Virus record (IMG/VR): IMGVR_UViG_3300025296_000021
Location: 1-49,958 of that record
Source: a virus
Lineage: Duplodnaviria; Caudoviricetes
Strand: one strand, 5' to 3'
Length of the DNA stretch: 49,958 bases
How positions within the stretch are numbered: the first letter of the stretch is position 1; each line of letters opens with the position of its first letter. Made by a program: the position numbers and the translations under genes. Below the pieces are notes generated by a model. That model ran no database searches. It was not told where the DNA came from and saw only the letters and a program-made list of their open reading frames with translations. Shown piece after piece: positions 36,603-45,793 of this stretch.

Positions 36603-37012
36603 AGAGTTAGCTTGATTACGGGGACTAAGACCATCTGGCTCTGATTATTGTCCCCACCAGACACGTCTCTGGAAGTTCCAAGGTACTGGCTTATGATGTC
36701 CCTAAGCTTGCAAGTCTGTATAAGAATACAGACTTCTTCGTTGATGAATAATGCCCACCACTTTGCTTTTGTGGAAGTTATTCCTGAAGGCTCACCACTG
36801 CAGGCGTACTCAATTGCTACATTTCCCGTGTCACCTGTCTTGAAGTCCCGCTTAACCTCAACCGTTGCAAGTATGGATGCCAACTTATTTTCGGATAACT
36901 TTCCCTCAGCCAAGTTAAGGTCAAACCGCTTATCTGCTTTACCGTTCTTTCTGGCTTGTAACAATAAACTGGTGAACTGTTCCTCTGTAATATCAATATT
37001 CATCTTCATCAT
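36599..37012 (-). CDS. PD-(D/E)XK nuclease-like protein
   Basis: FDLNLAEG...VEVKRD...TGNVAIEY...PSGITSTKAKWW. Confidence 0.65.
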   Translation of the reverse strand: MMKMNIDITEEQFTSLLLQARKNGKADKRFDLNLAEGKLSENKLASILATVEVKRDFKTGDTGNVAIEYACSGEPSGITSTKAKWWALFINEEVCILIQTCKLRDIISQYLGTSRDVSGGDNNQSQMVLVPVIKLTL

Positions 37013-37259
37013 GTATTACCTTTATTACTTTTTCTTGACATATCGGACACTCTTTCTTTTTAAGTCCTAGGCTGGGGAAATCACCATAGACGTGCATTTT
37101 TGATGTATCGTCAACTTCATACTGCCAAGCGTATTGGTGTTCTTTACACCATAAAGGCGTTGAAACCCTTGGCTTACTTCCCCTGCAGGGCCAGTAATTA
37201 TCATCCAGATAAGTCCTAACAGCCTCCCAAATGCTGTCTTGTGTTTTTATTTCATTCAT
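36993..37259 (-). CDS. Hypothetical Zn-binding protein
   Basis: WCKEH...CPIC; AGGAG SD. Confidence 0.6.
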   Translation of the reverse strand: MNEIKTQDSIWEAVRTYLDDNYWPCRGSKPRVSTPLWCKEHQYAWQYEVDDTSKMHVYGDFPSLGLKKKECPICQEKVIKVIHDEDEY

Positions 37260-37263
37260 TGGC

Positions 37264-37470
37264 TTACTCCTTTTCTAGTCTTGCTGTTGTAAATAATGCT
37301 GATGCACTCTCTGCGGCAAATAAAAGCTCCTGTATGACTTGTCTCTCGTCGCCATCGCTATCCTCGTTATTTTCGAGAGTGGTACGTCTCAGTAAATCCA
37401 ATGCTTTAATGAGAGTATCAATCTCTCTCTGGCTCTTGGGAACAATTACTGGTACTTTTGCTATTCTCAT
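37264..37470 (-). CDS. Hypothetical protein
   Basis: Likely start at MRIAK (37470) with AGGA upstream. Confidence 0.55.
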   Translation of the reverse strand: MRIAKVPVIVPKSQREIDTLIKALDLLRRTTLENNEDSDGDERQVIQELLFAAESASALFTTARLEKE

Positions 37471-37789
37471 CGGTACGTCCTTTGTATTTGATTTGCAGTA
37501 ACTCAAGAAAAACTTCAAGTGGTATGGCTATCTGCGGTTCTTGCCTGTCTTCACGAAAGATTACACCGTCTTCCTGCTTCTCTGGCTTGACCCAAACTGG
37601 CACAGCCTTACGACGTTTACATCCATAGAACCTACCCTCTATTTCAACGTCACCCATCTCGTGTTGGGCACCACCCCTGTCTCGATTGTGTGCATCAAGA
37701 AGGTGAGCTTTTGCCATTCGCACAGACTCACGCTGTAGTTCAGCCCCGCGCTGCCGGTTACGCCTACCCCTTGTTGAATGATTACTCAT
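37418..37789 (-). CDS. Holliday-junction-resolvase-like PD-(D/E)XK protein
   Basis: RQRGAELQRE...GDVEIEG...CKRRK...VIFREDR pattern. Confidence 0.55.
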   Translation of the reverse strand: MSNHSTRGRRNRQRGAELQRESVRMAKAHLLDAHNRDRGGAQHEMGDVEIEGRFYGCKRRKAVPVWVKPEKQEDGVIFREDRQEPQIAIPLEVFLELLQIKYKGRTDENSKSTSNCSQEPERD

Positions 37790-37863
37790 TTGATTTTCTC
37801 AACGTAATTGTCATTTGTATCTTCTCCGTTCACAGCTTCAAAATGCTAAAATCGTCAGAATTA

Positions 37864-37998
37864 TTAGAGCCACTTTTTTTGACTCTGTCTTTTGAGCTTC
37901 TTTCTTCTTATCTGAGCTGGAGTTCTGCCGTGCTTGGCAAGGTACTCATTTTTTTCTAGTCTTTCCTGCTTTCTGCGTTTGGCTTTTTTGTTTGGCAT
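37864..37998 (-). CDS. 44-aa basic peptide (MPNKKAKRRKQER...)
   Basis: GGGAG SD; K/R-rich. Below the track cutoff. Confidence 0.6.
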   Translation of the reverse strand: MPNKKAKRRKQERLEKNEYLAKHGRTPAQIRRKKLKRQSQKKWL

Positions 37999-38097
37999 TT
38001 TTTGCTCCCAGTTTGAGTGTTTCGTCTAAAATATTAAAGAGTTTCTTAACATCTCTCTCAAGTTTGTCTATGCGATGCTCGTGTTCGATTGCTCTTG

Positions 38098-38280
38098 TCA
38101 TTCTGATTCCTCTCTTATGATGTCTATGTTGTAATTGTCACGATAGTCGTTATCGTAATCATCAAGACTTGGTCTACGTACGGGTAAGATATAGGTTGAT
38201 TCATCGTCTTTGCAACAGATACAACCCCCTATCCTGCCGGGAATGGATATGTTGCGTCCACATACACTACATTCATTCAT
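38098..38280 (-). CDS. Small Cys-rich protein
   Basis: CSVC...CICC; overlaps the DnaB end. Confidence 0.5.
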   Translation of the reverse strand: MNECSVCGRNISIPGRIGGCICCKDDESTYILPVRRPSLDDYDNDYRDNYNIDIIREESE

Positions 38281-39619
38281 TAAGTTCACCTGCTTTTTTC
38301 GCTCTTTCAATGGCTATATCCTGTGTTTCGGTAAGAAGACATCCGTCTCCGTAAAATCCCATTTCTGCGTATCCAGCTTCGCCGTATCTGTTCTTGTCAA
38401 CAAGGAGACGAATATCATACTTTCCATATTCACCGTTGGGATGGTGGTCTCGATAGAGATATTTCCAAGGGTAGTAGACAAAGATTACGGACTCCGCATC
38501 AGTTTCAATTGAGCCTGATTCGCTAAGGTGCGACAGCCTTGGTCGCTTGTCACGTCCACGCTCAACTTCCCTGTTTAATTGTGATAAAAGTATGGCAGAG
38601 CAATTTAGAGACTTAGCCATCCATTTATAGTGTTGCATAATCTCCACCACTTGCAATCTCTTGTCCTCAATTCCGGGCACGTTTACCATTTGAATATAAT
38701 CGTCCACTACCACGTCAGGAGCAAACCTATTGACGTGCCTAACCCCAGACCTTAGGTCTTTAATATCATCGAACATAATAAGATTGCGATATTTGGATGA
38801 AATCTTTTCCTTAACAGCCTCTATTGACTGGTTATCGTGCTCAGTTAATTGCATCATTCTTAGCCTTCGATATGATATATCACCAGCCTCAAGAATAAAT
38901 ATCTTTTTCATCATCTCTACGTTGGTCATTTCTCTATTGAATACAATGACCTTCTTGCCGTGGTCTATTAGGTTCTTTACAATGTTTATCATTACAGTGC
39001 TCTTACCCATAGACGGTCGACCTGCAATAACTGTTATCTCCCCCCTTGTCATGCCCCCGGTTATCTTATCAATGACTCCATACCCTGTCTTGATTAGATT
39101 TTTTTCATCGTAAATTCTTTCTACTGTCCTATCGAGTAGCTCATCAAGATTGAACTTTTTTGTTGGTCGGAGATGAAGAGCCTTGGTAACGGTACTGTTA
39201 AGGTCTTCCAGCGCTTTGTGGGCATCTGCGTTACTTCCAAATGCTGCTCTTTGTATCTGGCTTGCCTCAGTCACCACTTTTCTTAATAGCCACTTCTCAT
39301 AAATAAGCTTTGCATAGCTTAAAGCATTAGCGGTACTGGCTATATTGTCAATGAGACCAGATACGAAATAGTTTGATATGTATTTCTTTTGAGTTTCTGG
39401 AATATTGTCAATGACAGTGGCGAGGTTTATATCGTTATCATTTGACCGCATCGATTGGAGCGTTTTCCAGATAGTTCTGTTATGGGTATTATAAAATACC
39501 TCAGGCTCTGGAATGAACTCTGTTACCTTGGAAATATTGTCAGGGTCAAGTATTAACTGCCCCAACAGGGTTTCTTCTGCCTCTTTATTGTGAGGCATTG
39601 TCTGGTCGTCTATAGACAT
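38273..39619 (-). CDS. dnaB: Replicative DNA helicase (DnaB family)
   Basis: PHNKEAEE.LLG N-terminus, AGRPSMGKS, VVDDYIQ, LSQLNR, LSESGSIETDA, KNRYG. Confidence 0.95.
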   Translation of the reverse strand: MSIDDQTMPHNKEAEETLLGQLILDPDNISKVTEFIPEPEVFYNTHNRTIWKTLQSMRSNDNDINLATVIDNIPETQKKYISNYFVSGLIDNIASTANALSYAKLIYEKWLLRKVVTEASQIQRAAFGSNADAHKALEDLNSTVTKALHLRPTKKFNLDELLDRTVERIYDEKNLIKTGYGVIDKITGGMTRGEITVIAGRPSMGKSTVMINIVKNLIDHGKKVIVFNREMTNVEMMKKIFILEAGDISYRRLRMMQLTEHDNQSIEAVKEKISSKYRNLIMFDDIKDLRSGVRHVNRFAPDVVVDDYIQMVNVPGIEDKRLQVVEIMQHYKWMAKSLNCSAILLSQLNREVERGRDKRPRLSHLSESGSIETDAESVIFVYYPWKYLYRDHHPNGEYGKYDIRLLVDKNRYGEAGYAEMGFYGDGCLLTETQDIAIERAKKAGELNE

Positions 39620-39633
39620 TATTGTCTCCTTTT

Positions 39634-39671
39634 AAATTTTTGTGGGGACTCAACGCGCATCAAGCCCCCAC
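39634..39671 (-). promoter_or_regulatory. G-U-rich hairpin followed by AAAAATTT in the dnaB leader
   Basis: Minus strand GTGGGG-GCTTGAT-GCGC-GTTGAGT-CCCCAC pairs fully only on this strand. Confidence 0.55.
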
Positions 39672-39708
39672 TGTCTAGACTATACGATTCTAAAGTAGAG
39701 TTACTGGC

Positions 39709-40263
39709 CTAGAACGGTATCTCTTCAGACGCCGACAGCTTGTTGCCGTCGCCCCAGCTGTACAGGAGACTTGCTTCAACCGACGTTCTTAGCTCTCCAT
39801 TTAGTTCGTACTGCTTATGTCGGACACGAATCATTACGGGGTATCCGTAAATGTCTTCTCTTGCTACGGCAGGAAGAGAGAAAGATGATTCTCCGCTGTT
39901 GGGGTCTTTATGCTCTTTAATGGGTACTTTGCACACGTCCAGAAATTGCTTATACGAGCGATTACCAACTGTGCTGTCCCTTTTATCGCCAGAGCCGGGA
40001 GGTGTACTTTTATGCCTAAAAATGCCACCGCTTTTGACAACTCTGCCGACGTGGTTTCCAGACTCTTCCGCAATCTTGTAAACAGGCTTATATATATCAG
40101 CCTTGTTCCCAGTCTTGCGAATCGTTATGTCGTTAACGATATTGAGGTCTGTTATGTGGGCAGGGTATGTACCTTCAGCGACTTGTTCGTAGTCATCATC
40201 GCTTGGAATGTAATAAGCCCCACCGTCTGATGATTGTGACAGTATGTCATCTATGTCTGCCAT
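39709..40263 (-). CDS. Putative single-stranded DNA-binding protein
   Basis: EGTYPAHI OB-like start, acidic EEIPF C-terminal tail, between the recombinase and the helicase. Confidence 0.65.
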   Translation of the reverse strand: MADIDDILSQSSDGGAYYIPSDDDYEQVAEGTYPAHITDLNIVNDITIRKTGNKADIYKPVYKIAEESGNHVGRVVKSGGIFRHKSTPPGSGDKRDSTVGNRSYKQFLDVCKVPIKEHKDPNSGESSFSLPAVAREDIYGYPVMIRVRHKQYELNGELRTSVEASLLYSWGDGNKLSASEEIPF

Positions 40264-40883
40264 TATGTCACCTCCTGTGCTTTGCTATGTTCAATCCACT
40301 TAAGCGTAGTACGGAAGTTCGTGGCGTTTATTTTGCCATCTTCCAACCCCTGCTCAACTGTCTTGAGTACTTCAGGGTCGTCAACTGTTGATGCACCGGA
40401 TAGCAATGCTGTCTTTTGCTCGTCGCTGACATTGTAGGACTTCCGATATACGTCGTCTGCTATGTTACATAGGCGGTTAACAGCAACTTTAAAAGCATCA
40501 GAGTTGGCAGCTTTAGTAGAGTTGCCAATGTCTGAATACTCATTCGAGTCACGTTTCTTATGTATCCTGTGTCCCGCTATGGAATCATAGCATCTTGGTA
40601 CGCTGTTGTCTACGACCTCAAGGCGACCATGTACTATAACATACTGGTCACCAACGAACTCGTATCTCTCGACCTTCCAAGACCATATCGGGTATCTTTC
40701 GTTAAGAAGATTACGCATATAACCTTCTTCAACATAATCAAACCCGTCTGGCCTTCGTTTAACGTGGTGCTGTGGAGTCTCTTCCGATGATACCTCCCTA
40801 TGCTTTGAACGAAGTTCGTCCTCAGCTTGGGTGAGGGTCTCATTGGGCGTATGAGTCGCCAGTACACCGTTTGGTTCTGTCAT
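40263..40883 (-). CDS. Rad52/Sak-family single-strand annealing protein
   Basis: VKRRPDGFDYVE...WSW...KAANSDAFKVA...IADDVY. Confidence 0.75.
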   Translation of the reverse strand: MTEPNGVLATHTPNETLTQAEDELRSKHREVSSEETPQHHVKRRPDGFDYVEEGYMRNLLNERYPIWSWKVERYEFVGDQYVIVHGRLEVVDNSVPRCYDSIAGHRIHKKRDSNEYSDIGNSTKAANSDAFKVAVNRLCNIADDVYRKSYNVSDEQKTALLSGASTVDDPEVLKTVEQGLEDGKINATNFRTTLKWIEHSKAQEVT

Positions 40884-40885
40884 GA

Positions 40886-41620
40886 TTAGTCTCCAAGGAG
40901 TTCGGGACGCATTCCGCCACCGCAGGCATTGAAATAACTGCAGTATTTCGGATTACATTCCCATCCCTGCATTGGGGCATTTCCCAATTCTACCTCTGGT
41001 ATGCCATCTTTGAACTGTGATTTGAGGTCGAGCCAGTATTGCTTGGCTTCATCAACAATAGTTCTCTTATACTCCACCTCGCGCATTTTGGAGGTGTCTT
41101 TGTTGTAATATACAAGAGACATACCATCGAGTGTTCCATACTCCTGCTCAACCCAAATCCCGTATGTTCCAAGTTGCAGGGAATAGTTAGAACCAGCGGT
41201 AGGGTCACTGTCACGTCCAAACAGCTTTCGCCATTTGAAACTGTTACATGTTTTGATGTCGTAAAGGTGAGAATGGTCTAAGAGAGAGAAATCAAAAAAG
41301 CCTCGAACATTAAGTTCCGGCAGTTGAATCTCCCTCTCTATGAGTATTCGAGCACCTGTTGAGTCTGCATATTTTCGGAGAGCATCCTGAATGTCACCAT
41401 GCACAACGTCTCCGAGCCTGAACAGGCGTAGCGTGTCAAAATCCTTTGGAGCAGGCTTTTCTTTTGCAATGCTCTCAAAGTATATCTTACGCTTACACAT
41501 TCCAGCGGCACTAGCATGGAACCAGTGTTCCTGACCAGAATAGCGGTTAAGCTGATTTGCCCTGTTAAGGTCGGCTATGTGTGAGTCATAAATCTCACTT
41601 ATGTTTGGTCGTTTCGCCAT
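40886..41620 (-). CDS. Cas4-like PD-(D/E)XK exonuclease
   Basis: AS..GMCKR, G.FD, DIKT, QLGTY, C-terminal WEC..YC.Y...C Fe-S-type cysteines. Confidence 0.8.
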   Translation of the reverse strand: MAKRPNISEIYDSHIADLNRANQLNRYSGQEHWFHASAAGMCKRKIYFESIAKEKPAPKDFDTLRLFRLGDVVHGDIQDALRKYADSTGARILIEREIQLPELNVRGFFDFSLLDHSHLYDIKTCNSFKWRKLFGRDSDPTAGSNYSLQLGTYGIWVEQEYGTLDGMSLVYYNKDTSKMREVEYKRTIVDEAKQYWLDLKSQFKDGIPEVELGNAPMQGWECNPKYCSYFNACGGGMRPELLGD

Positions 41621-41789
41621 ATCCCTTCTCTTTGAAAAAGCGTGGAAGTTCAGACTTTACATAGTCAGAGATGAGCTTTCCAGCCAACTCTTCCATTTTT
41701 TCGCTTTTAAGACTACATAGAGCCTTAAACTCAGAGAAGGTATCTTTATCAACTGATGCCCTCAACCGTTTTGTTTCTTGTTCAACCAT
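41595..41789 (-). CDS. Ribbon-helix-helix (ParG-like) regulator
   Basis: KRLRASV beta strand plus two helices (FKALC...LISDYV); first gene of the replication operon. Confidence 0.65.
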   Translation of the reverse strand: MVEQETKRLRASVDKDTFSEFKALCSLKSEKMEELAGKLISDYVKSELPRFFKEKGYGETTKHK

Positions 41790-41802
41790 TTTTCATTTTC
41801 CT

Positions 41803-41830
41803 ATATTAGATAATTACTTCCTAATGTCAA
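41803..41830 (-). promoter_or_regulatory. sigma70-like promoter of the replication/recombination operon
   Basis: TTGACA-N16-TAATAT. Inverted repeat TTTACTACCC/GGGTGGTAAA at 41837-41860 just upstream. Confidence 0.6.
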
Positions 41831-41965
41831 CTTGAATTTACTACCCTTAGGGGTGGTAAACAAGGCAATCCCAAAAGAAAAAAAGATTCTTTGCCCAAAA
41901 AGTAGAGTTGTACCAAAGATGAAAACCATCCATCAGGGGAATAATTTATTTATTACCATGACTAC

Positions 41966-42028
41966 TATATATATATATATGTATATAGTATAGATTAATA
42001 AATAAATAGATGGTGTAGATGATTATAT
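41966..42028. repeat. C-free AT-rich tract 2
   Basis: (TA)n-GTATA-TAGAT-AATAAATAAATAGA, same orientation as tract 1. Confidence 0.8.
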
Positions 42029-42050
42029 CTTGGTAGTTGGTACTATCAGT

Positions 42051-42221
42051 CTAATCCCCATCGATAAGCCCATGAATGACTTCTTCAAGCAGGAGATAGT
42101 CATGCTTAACAGGCTCAATCAATTTTTTAAGAATCTTATGGCACTCATCACACAATTGAGTGGCAGTCTCTCTGTGGTAATCGTCCATATCATACGGTTC
42201 TTCTAACCATGGTTCACTCAT
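42051..42221 (-). CDS. Hypothetical protein (MSEPWLEEPY...)
   Basis: GGAGG SD; ATGA-coupled. Confidence 0.55.
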   Translation of the reverse strand: MSEPWLEEPYDMDDYHRETATQLCDECHKILKKLIEPVKHDYLLLEEVIHGLIDGD

Positions 42222-42388
42222 TCTGATTCCTCCAGTATAGCACACAGGCATATTGATGTACAATCTTCTTCAATCAGCAAATGCTCATATTGACTAAGAG
42301 CATCAGCTATGTCGTGCAGACGGACATAACGATAACTTCTATGGTTATTTTCCTCGTCGTTATGTGTCCAACTCAGTAGGTATTTCAT
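42218..42388 (-). CDS. 56-aa hypothetical protein
   Basis: MKYLLSWTHND...; overlaps both neighbours by ATGA. Confidence 0.55.
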   Translation of the reverse strand: MKYLLSWTHNDEENNHRSYRYVRLHDIADALSQYEHLLIEEDCTSICLCAILEESE

Positions 42389-42543
42389 TTAGCCCCCCTA
42401 AATTGACGTTCTCCATTCTTATATCTCTCTTCTAAGATGCGTAGCCTTTTGACTGATGCACCATTTATGCTTATTCTACCTTTGTCTAATAGCATGCGAT
42501 AGAGTACCAAAGCACCCCATATTGATATAGTGGAATCATCCAT
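42385..42543 (-). CDS. 52-aa hypothetical protein
   Basis: MDDSTISIWG...; AGGAG SD. Confidence 0.55.
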   Translation of the reverse strand: MDDSTISIWGALVLYRMLLDKGRISINGASVKRLRILEERYKNGERQFRGAK

Positions 42544-42633
42544 TTTCTAGTCTCCTATGTACTATTATTTACTCTGACCAAAGTTAATTTTATATGCCTA
42601 AAATTGTTTAACCCATCTTAAATTTTGAATAGC

Positions 42634-42731
42634 TATACGAAAAGCGTATATTCGCATAGAAATAACGCCTATGTAGGGCGTATAGTAGTTAAGGGGGCTA
42701 TACATTGAGCGTACCGCAGCACATTTGCTGC
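42634..42731. repeat. Cluster of four short inverted repeats
   Basis: TATACG/CGTATA, ACGCC/GGCGT, GTATAG/CTATAC, GCAGCA/TGCTGC. Confidence 0.55.
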
Positions 42732-42743
42732 TGGATTACCCTG

Positions 42744-42932
42744 TCAATCGGAAGTATTGTCATTATACTCACGTTGGGCATGCGTTACGAGACTGTCGAA
42801 ATCCAAGTCAGTCATAGTTTTACCACCGTTGAACCACCTCATTATTCGATTCATAAGTAATCGACATTTGTAATCGTAATGTATGTCGCTATCTGATAAC
42901 TCCAGAGTACGACCTTCATGTGTTATAGTCAT
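42744..42932 (-). CDS. Hypothetical protein
   Basis: Coupled ORF in the early operon. Confidence 0.55.
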   Translation of the reverse strand: MTITHEGRTLELSDSDIHYDYKCRLLMNRIMRWFNGGKTMTDLDFDSLVTHAQREYNDNTSD

Positions 42933-43186
42933 TTATACTTCCTCGGTTTGGCCCATATGCCTTTATCCTGCACTTCCTGAGTTACATCCTCAACTTGTTT
43001 ATACATTGGGAACAACTCATCACGCAGGAGTGTCATATCTGCCACGTTACTGGGTTCTTGCTCTCGCATTGGACGAGACTCTATTTCTTTAATCGCTAGA
43101 CTGAGAGCCTGCCCTAGTATGTAGTGACCCCTTAAGGAATCTAATAACTGCATAGCACGTTCTCTTGGTGTATCTGGTTTTACCAT
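42929..43186 (-). CDS. Hypothetical protein
   Basis: AAGGAG SD. Confidence 0.65.
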   Translation of the reverse strand: MVKPDTPRERAMQLLDSLRGHYILGQALSLAIKEIESRPMREQEPSNVADMTLLRDELFPMYKQVEDVTQEVQDKGIWAKPRKYK

Positions 43187-43219
43187 CGCTACTCCTTTCT
43201 GTGTAAGTTCTGACAGTTG

Positions 43220-43426
43220 TTAAGTTACGGGAATGTTACAATCCATTACTTTATCTTGTTTTTCAACAAAATGTATGTCTGTAGAGTCGAAAAATATGTC
43301 CAATAACTGGTTAATTTTATCAACTTTATCATTCATATGAAACTCAACACAAAACATCTTTGTTGTCAATAAAGACTTTACAATAATGTCTTTTTCTTCC
43401 TGTGTAATTTCCTTTGCCATTACCAT
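43220..43426 (-). CDS. Hypothetical protein
   Basis: GGAGG SD. Confidence 0.55.
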   Translation of the reverse strand: MVMAKEITQEEKDIIVKSLLTTKMFCVEFHMNDKVDKINQLLDIFFDSTDIHFVEKQDKVMDCNIPVT

Positions 43427-43890
43427 ATATCAAATCCTCCGCTATTTACACAGAACTCTGCGAACTCAGCTACCTCTTCAACTGATGTGGAATAGTATGT
43501 ATCAAAGGGTCTGTTCTTTCCCCTTCCATCGCATACGTTACACTTACCCTGTACGAACTTATCATCTCTGGTGCCTGTTCCGTCACACCAAGTACAGATT
43601 TCATCAGCCATCTCTTCGAGTTGCTTTTGTTCTGCTTTGATTGTATTAGCAATTTCACCATTGTCAATGGCTTTCTGCAGGCATTTAGCCATACGTATTG
43701 CCTTTGACTTGGCGATTCTATGACCACGATTACCTCCGCCCGATATAGCATCTTTAACTGTCAAGATATGAGAACACGTCTCAACAGTCAGACCCCATAA
43801 CGGTCGCCAACCCCAGACATTCTGGCGAAAGTATGTTCCTACTTTCCCATCAACATCTACGGGGTCGACTCCATATAGGACGAATCCCAT
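43420..43890 (-). CDS. Hypothetical protein with DnaJ-type CxxCxGxG zinc motif
   Basis: CTWCDGTG and CNVCDGRG; FRQNVWGWRPLW. Confidence 0.7.
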   Translation of the reverse strand: MGFVLYGVDPVDVDGKVGTYFRQNVWGWRPLWGLTVETCSHILTVKDAISGGGNRGHRIAKSKAIRMAKCLQKAIDNGEIANTIKAEQKQLEEMADEICTWCDGTGTRDDKFVQGKCNVCDGRGKNRPFDTYYSTSVEEVAEFAEFCVNSGGFDIW

Positions 43891-43895
43891 TGTAT

Positions 43896-44093
43896 TTACT
43901 CCTTATTTTGTTCTTTCCACTCATAAGCTTTAAGCCTAAGAAACGGAACTTTACCATCATACTTATATGCCTTGAGAAAATGTTTCTTTCCATTGATGGT
44001 AATATTCCCACTGAAAGAGCCATCATAGCCCTTCTTCAGAAAGACTACACCGGTATTATCATACTCAGTATTATCCTTTTTTGACTGCTTCAA
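43896..44093 (-). CDS. Hypothetical protein
   Basis: Beta-rich small ORF in operon. Confidence 0.55.
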   Translation of the reverse strand: MKQSKKDNTEYDNTGVVFLKKGYDGSFSGNITINGKKHFLKAYKYDGKVPFLRLKAYEWKEQNKE

Positions 44094-44370
44094 GGCTAAT
44101 AATCTCCGTTATGAGTTCTTTCGTTCCATACACTCTTTCTCTGTAGTCAAGAACATTATCGTGGAACGATTTCTCAATATCCCATATCTCATCTATTTCA
44201 TCAGCATTGAGATGCTCTGGATTACGATAATCATGCGTTTCGCAACAATCTCCGCATATGGCATACGAACCAATCAGGACTCCGCCCATGGTATCTTCTC
44301 CCTCATTGCAGAAATCACAAATGACAACCAGACCATGATTAGTCTGACTGACATGAACTCCTAAGCTCAT
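44071..44370 (-). CDS. Zn-finger hypothetical protein
   Basis: CDFC...CGDC; AGGAG SD. Confidence 0.6.
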   Translation of the reverse strand: MSLGVHVSQTNHGLVVICDFCNEGEDTMGGVLIGSYAICGDCCETHDYRNPEHLNADEIDEIWDIEKSFHDNVLDYRERVYGTKELITEIISLEAVKKG

Positions 44371-44413
44371 TTTATTTTCTCCTTATCTTTGTCTTTGAAT
44401 CCCATTTCCCATT

Positions 44414-44602
44414 TTACTCCCCTGACGGGAAAATGTAAGGGTCGTCCTCATCGATGGAAAACTCTTTTTCCATGCAATCACCACAGTATAATGCAGCGTC
44501 GCCCATAAAAACCACTGGAAATCCTTCTGTGCCACATCCCCACTGGCACTGTCGATGTTCTGGTACTTTCTCAATCTCGCGTTTCTGTTCGTTCGCCGTC
44601 AT
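44414..44602 (-). CDS. Zn-finger hypothetical protein
   Basis: CQWGC...CGDC; GAGGAG SD. Confidence 0.6.
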   Translation of the reverse strand: MTANEQKREIEKVPEHRQCQWGCGTEGFPVVFMGDAALYCGDCMEKEFSIDEDDPYIFPSGE

Positions 44603-44793
44603 CTTACTACTCCTCTGTTAACCTTCTTCTTCCATGAAGAAATCTTCATAAAAATTTATTCGCATCAATTCCTCAACATCATCTTCCGATAGGAACTTAC
44701 AAAAGGCTAAAATGACATAGTCTTTGTCAAACCATCCTTCTTCAACTGCCTCAAGCAATTTGTTAGTAAATTCTCTTGCCATTACTACTCTCC

Positions 44794-45789
44794 TTATCTG
44801 ACAGCTTTTGCAGCATTAATAAAATCATACGAATTTCCACACTTAAATGCCTCACCTCGAAAACCATACCTTCGCCAGTGTGCCAGTACATCTGTCGACA
44901 AACGAGCGTAATCAGGCATATCTTCTTTAGCATCCCAATATTGTTTTTTATCAGGGTCAAAATGATGAGAGTTAGTCCCATAGTAACACGAGAGACCTTC
45001 ATCATGCATAAAAGCATATATCTTCATACGTTCAGAAGCCCGCTCTACAGCCAACTGCCCATCAAAATCACCAAAAAAGATGGCGGTTCGACCTTGCCAT
45101 CTTTCAGACCAACCATCATACGAAGGGTCTTTTTGAAGTCTATAATAATGTGCATCCTCCGTATCGTATGCCTCGTCGGCGGATGAGAAAAAACTCTGCC
45201 ATTTTCCTTCTCTCCTGTCGTAAAAAACTGTCGGAAACGCATTAGGTGCTTTAATCAGCTCCACATCACCCCTGTCAACAAGAGAAGACACCATTCTTGC
45301 ATAGAATCTTGCCATATAACTACAGGATGGACTAGTATCAATGATAAATAGTATACTCTCACGCTCTCTCTCCATCCTACAGGATTTTAATGGTACCTTA
45401 GAAAGTCTGCGATACATTAATCTATCCATATCCCATTCATCGTCCCCATCTTGGGGGTACCCTGTTAAATCTTCAGCCACTTTAGAAATGATTAAACTTG
45501 CTATAGATGCTATATGTCGTTCCCTGTCACCATCAAGGCTTACCACGCTTTCAGCTTTATTATGATTTAACCCTGAACCACCAGCTTGAATACGCATCCT
45601 ATTCTCATATGTAGCACACGCCTCATCCCATTGAGCCTGTGATGTCTTCTGTACCACGCACCTTGCTGGCACTTGCTTAAAAGATTTGGCTGGAGTGGGG
45701 ACAGCAGTAGGCTTCTTATGCGAAGTAGGAGGAGCATCACTACTATTACTGTCATCCCACGGTCTCCAGCCTTTAGATATAATCGGCAT
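44794..45789 (-). CDS. vWA-like (MIDAS) partner protein
   Basis: ILFIIDTSPS (DxSxS) and AIFFGDFDG; directly after the AAA+ gene. Confidence 0.65.
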   Translation of the reverse strand: MPIISKGWRPWDDSNSSDAPPTSHKKPTAVPTPAKSFKQVPARCVVQKTSQAQWDEACATYENRMRIQAGGSGLNHNKAESVVSLDGDRERHIASIASLIISKVAEDLTGYPQDGDDEWDMDRLMYRRLSKVPLKSCRMERERESILFIIDTSPSCSYMARFYARMVSSLVDRGDVELIKAPNAFPTVFYDRREGKWQSFFSSADEAYDTEDAHYYRLQKDPSYDGWSERWQGRTAIFFGDFDGQLAVERASERMKIYAFMHDEGLSCYYGTNSHHFDPDKKQYWDAKEDMPDYARLSTDVLAHWRRYGFRGEAFKCGNSYDFINAAKAVR

Positions 45790-45793
45790 CTAA

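Noticed and set aside
40886-41620. Cas4-like gene as evidence of a CRISPR system
   Set aside because: No repeat-spacer array or other cas genes. The context is a standard exonuclease-annealase-SSB module.
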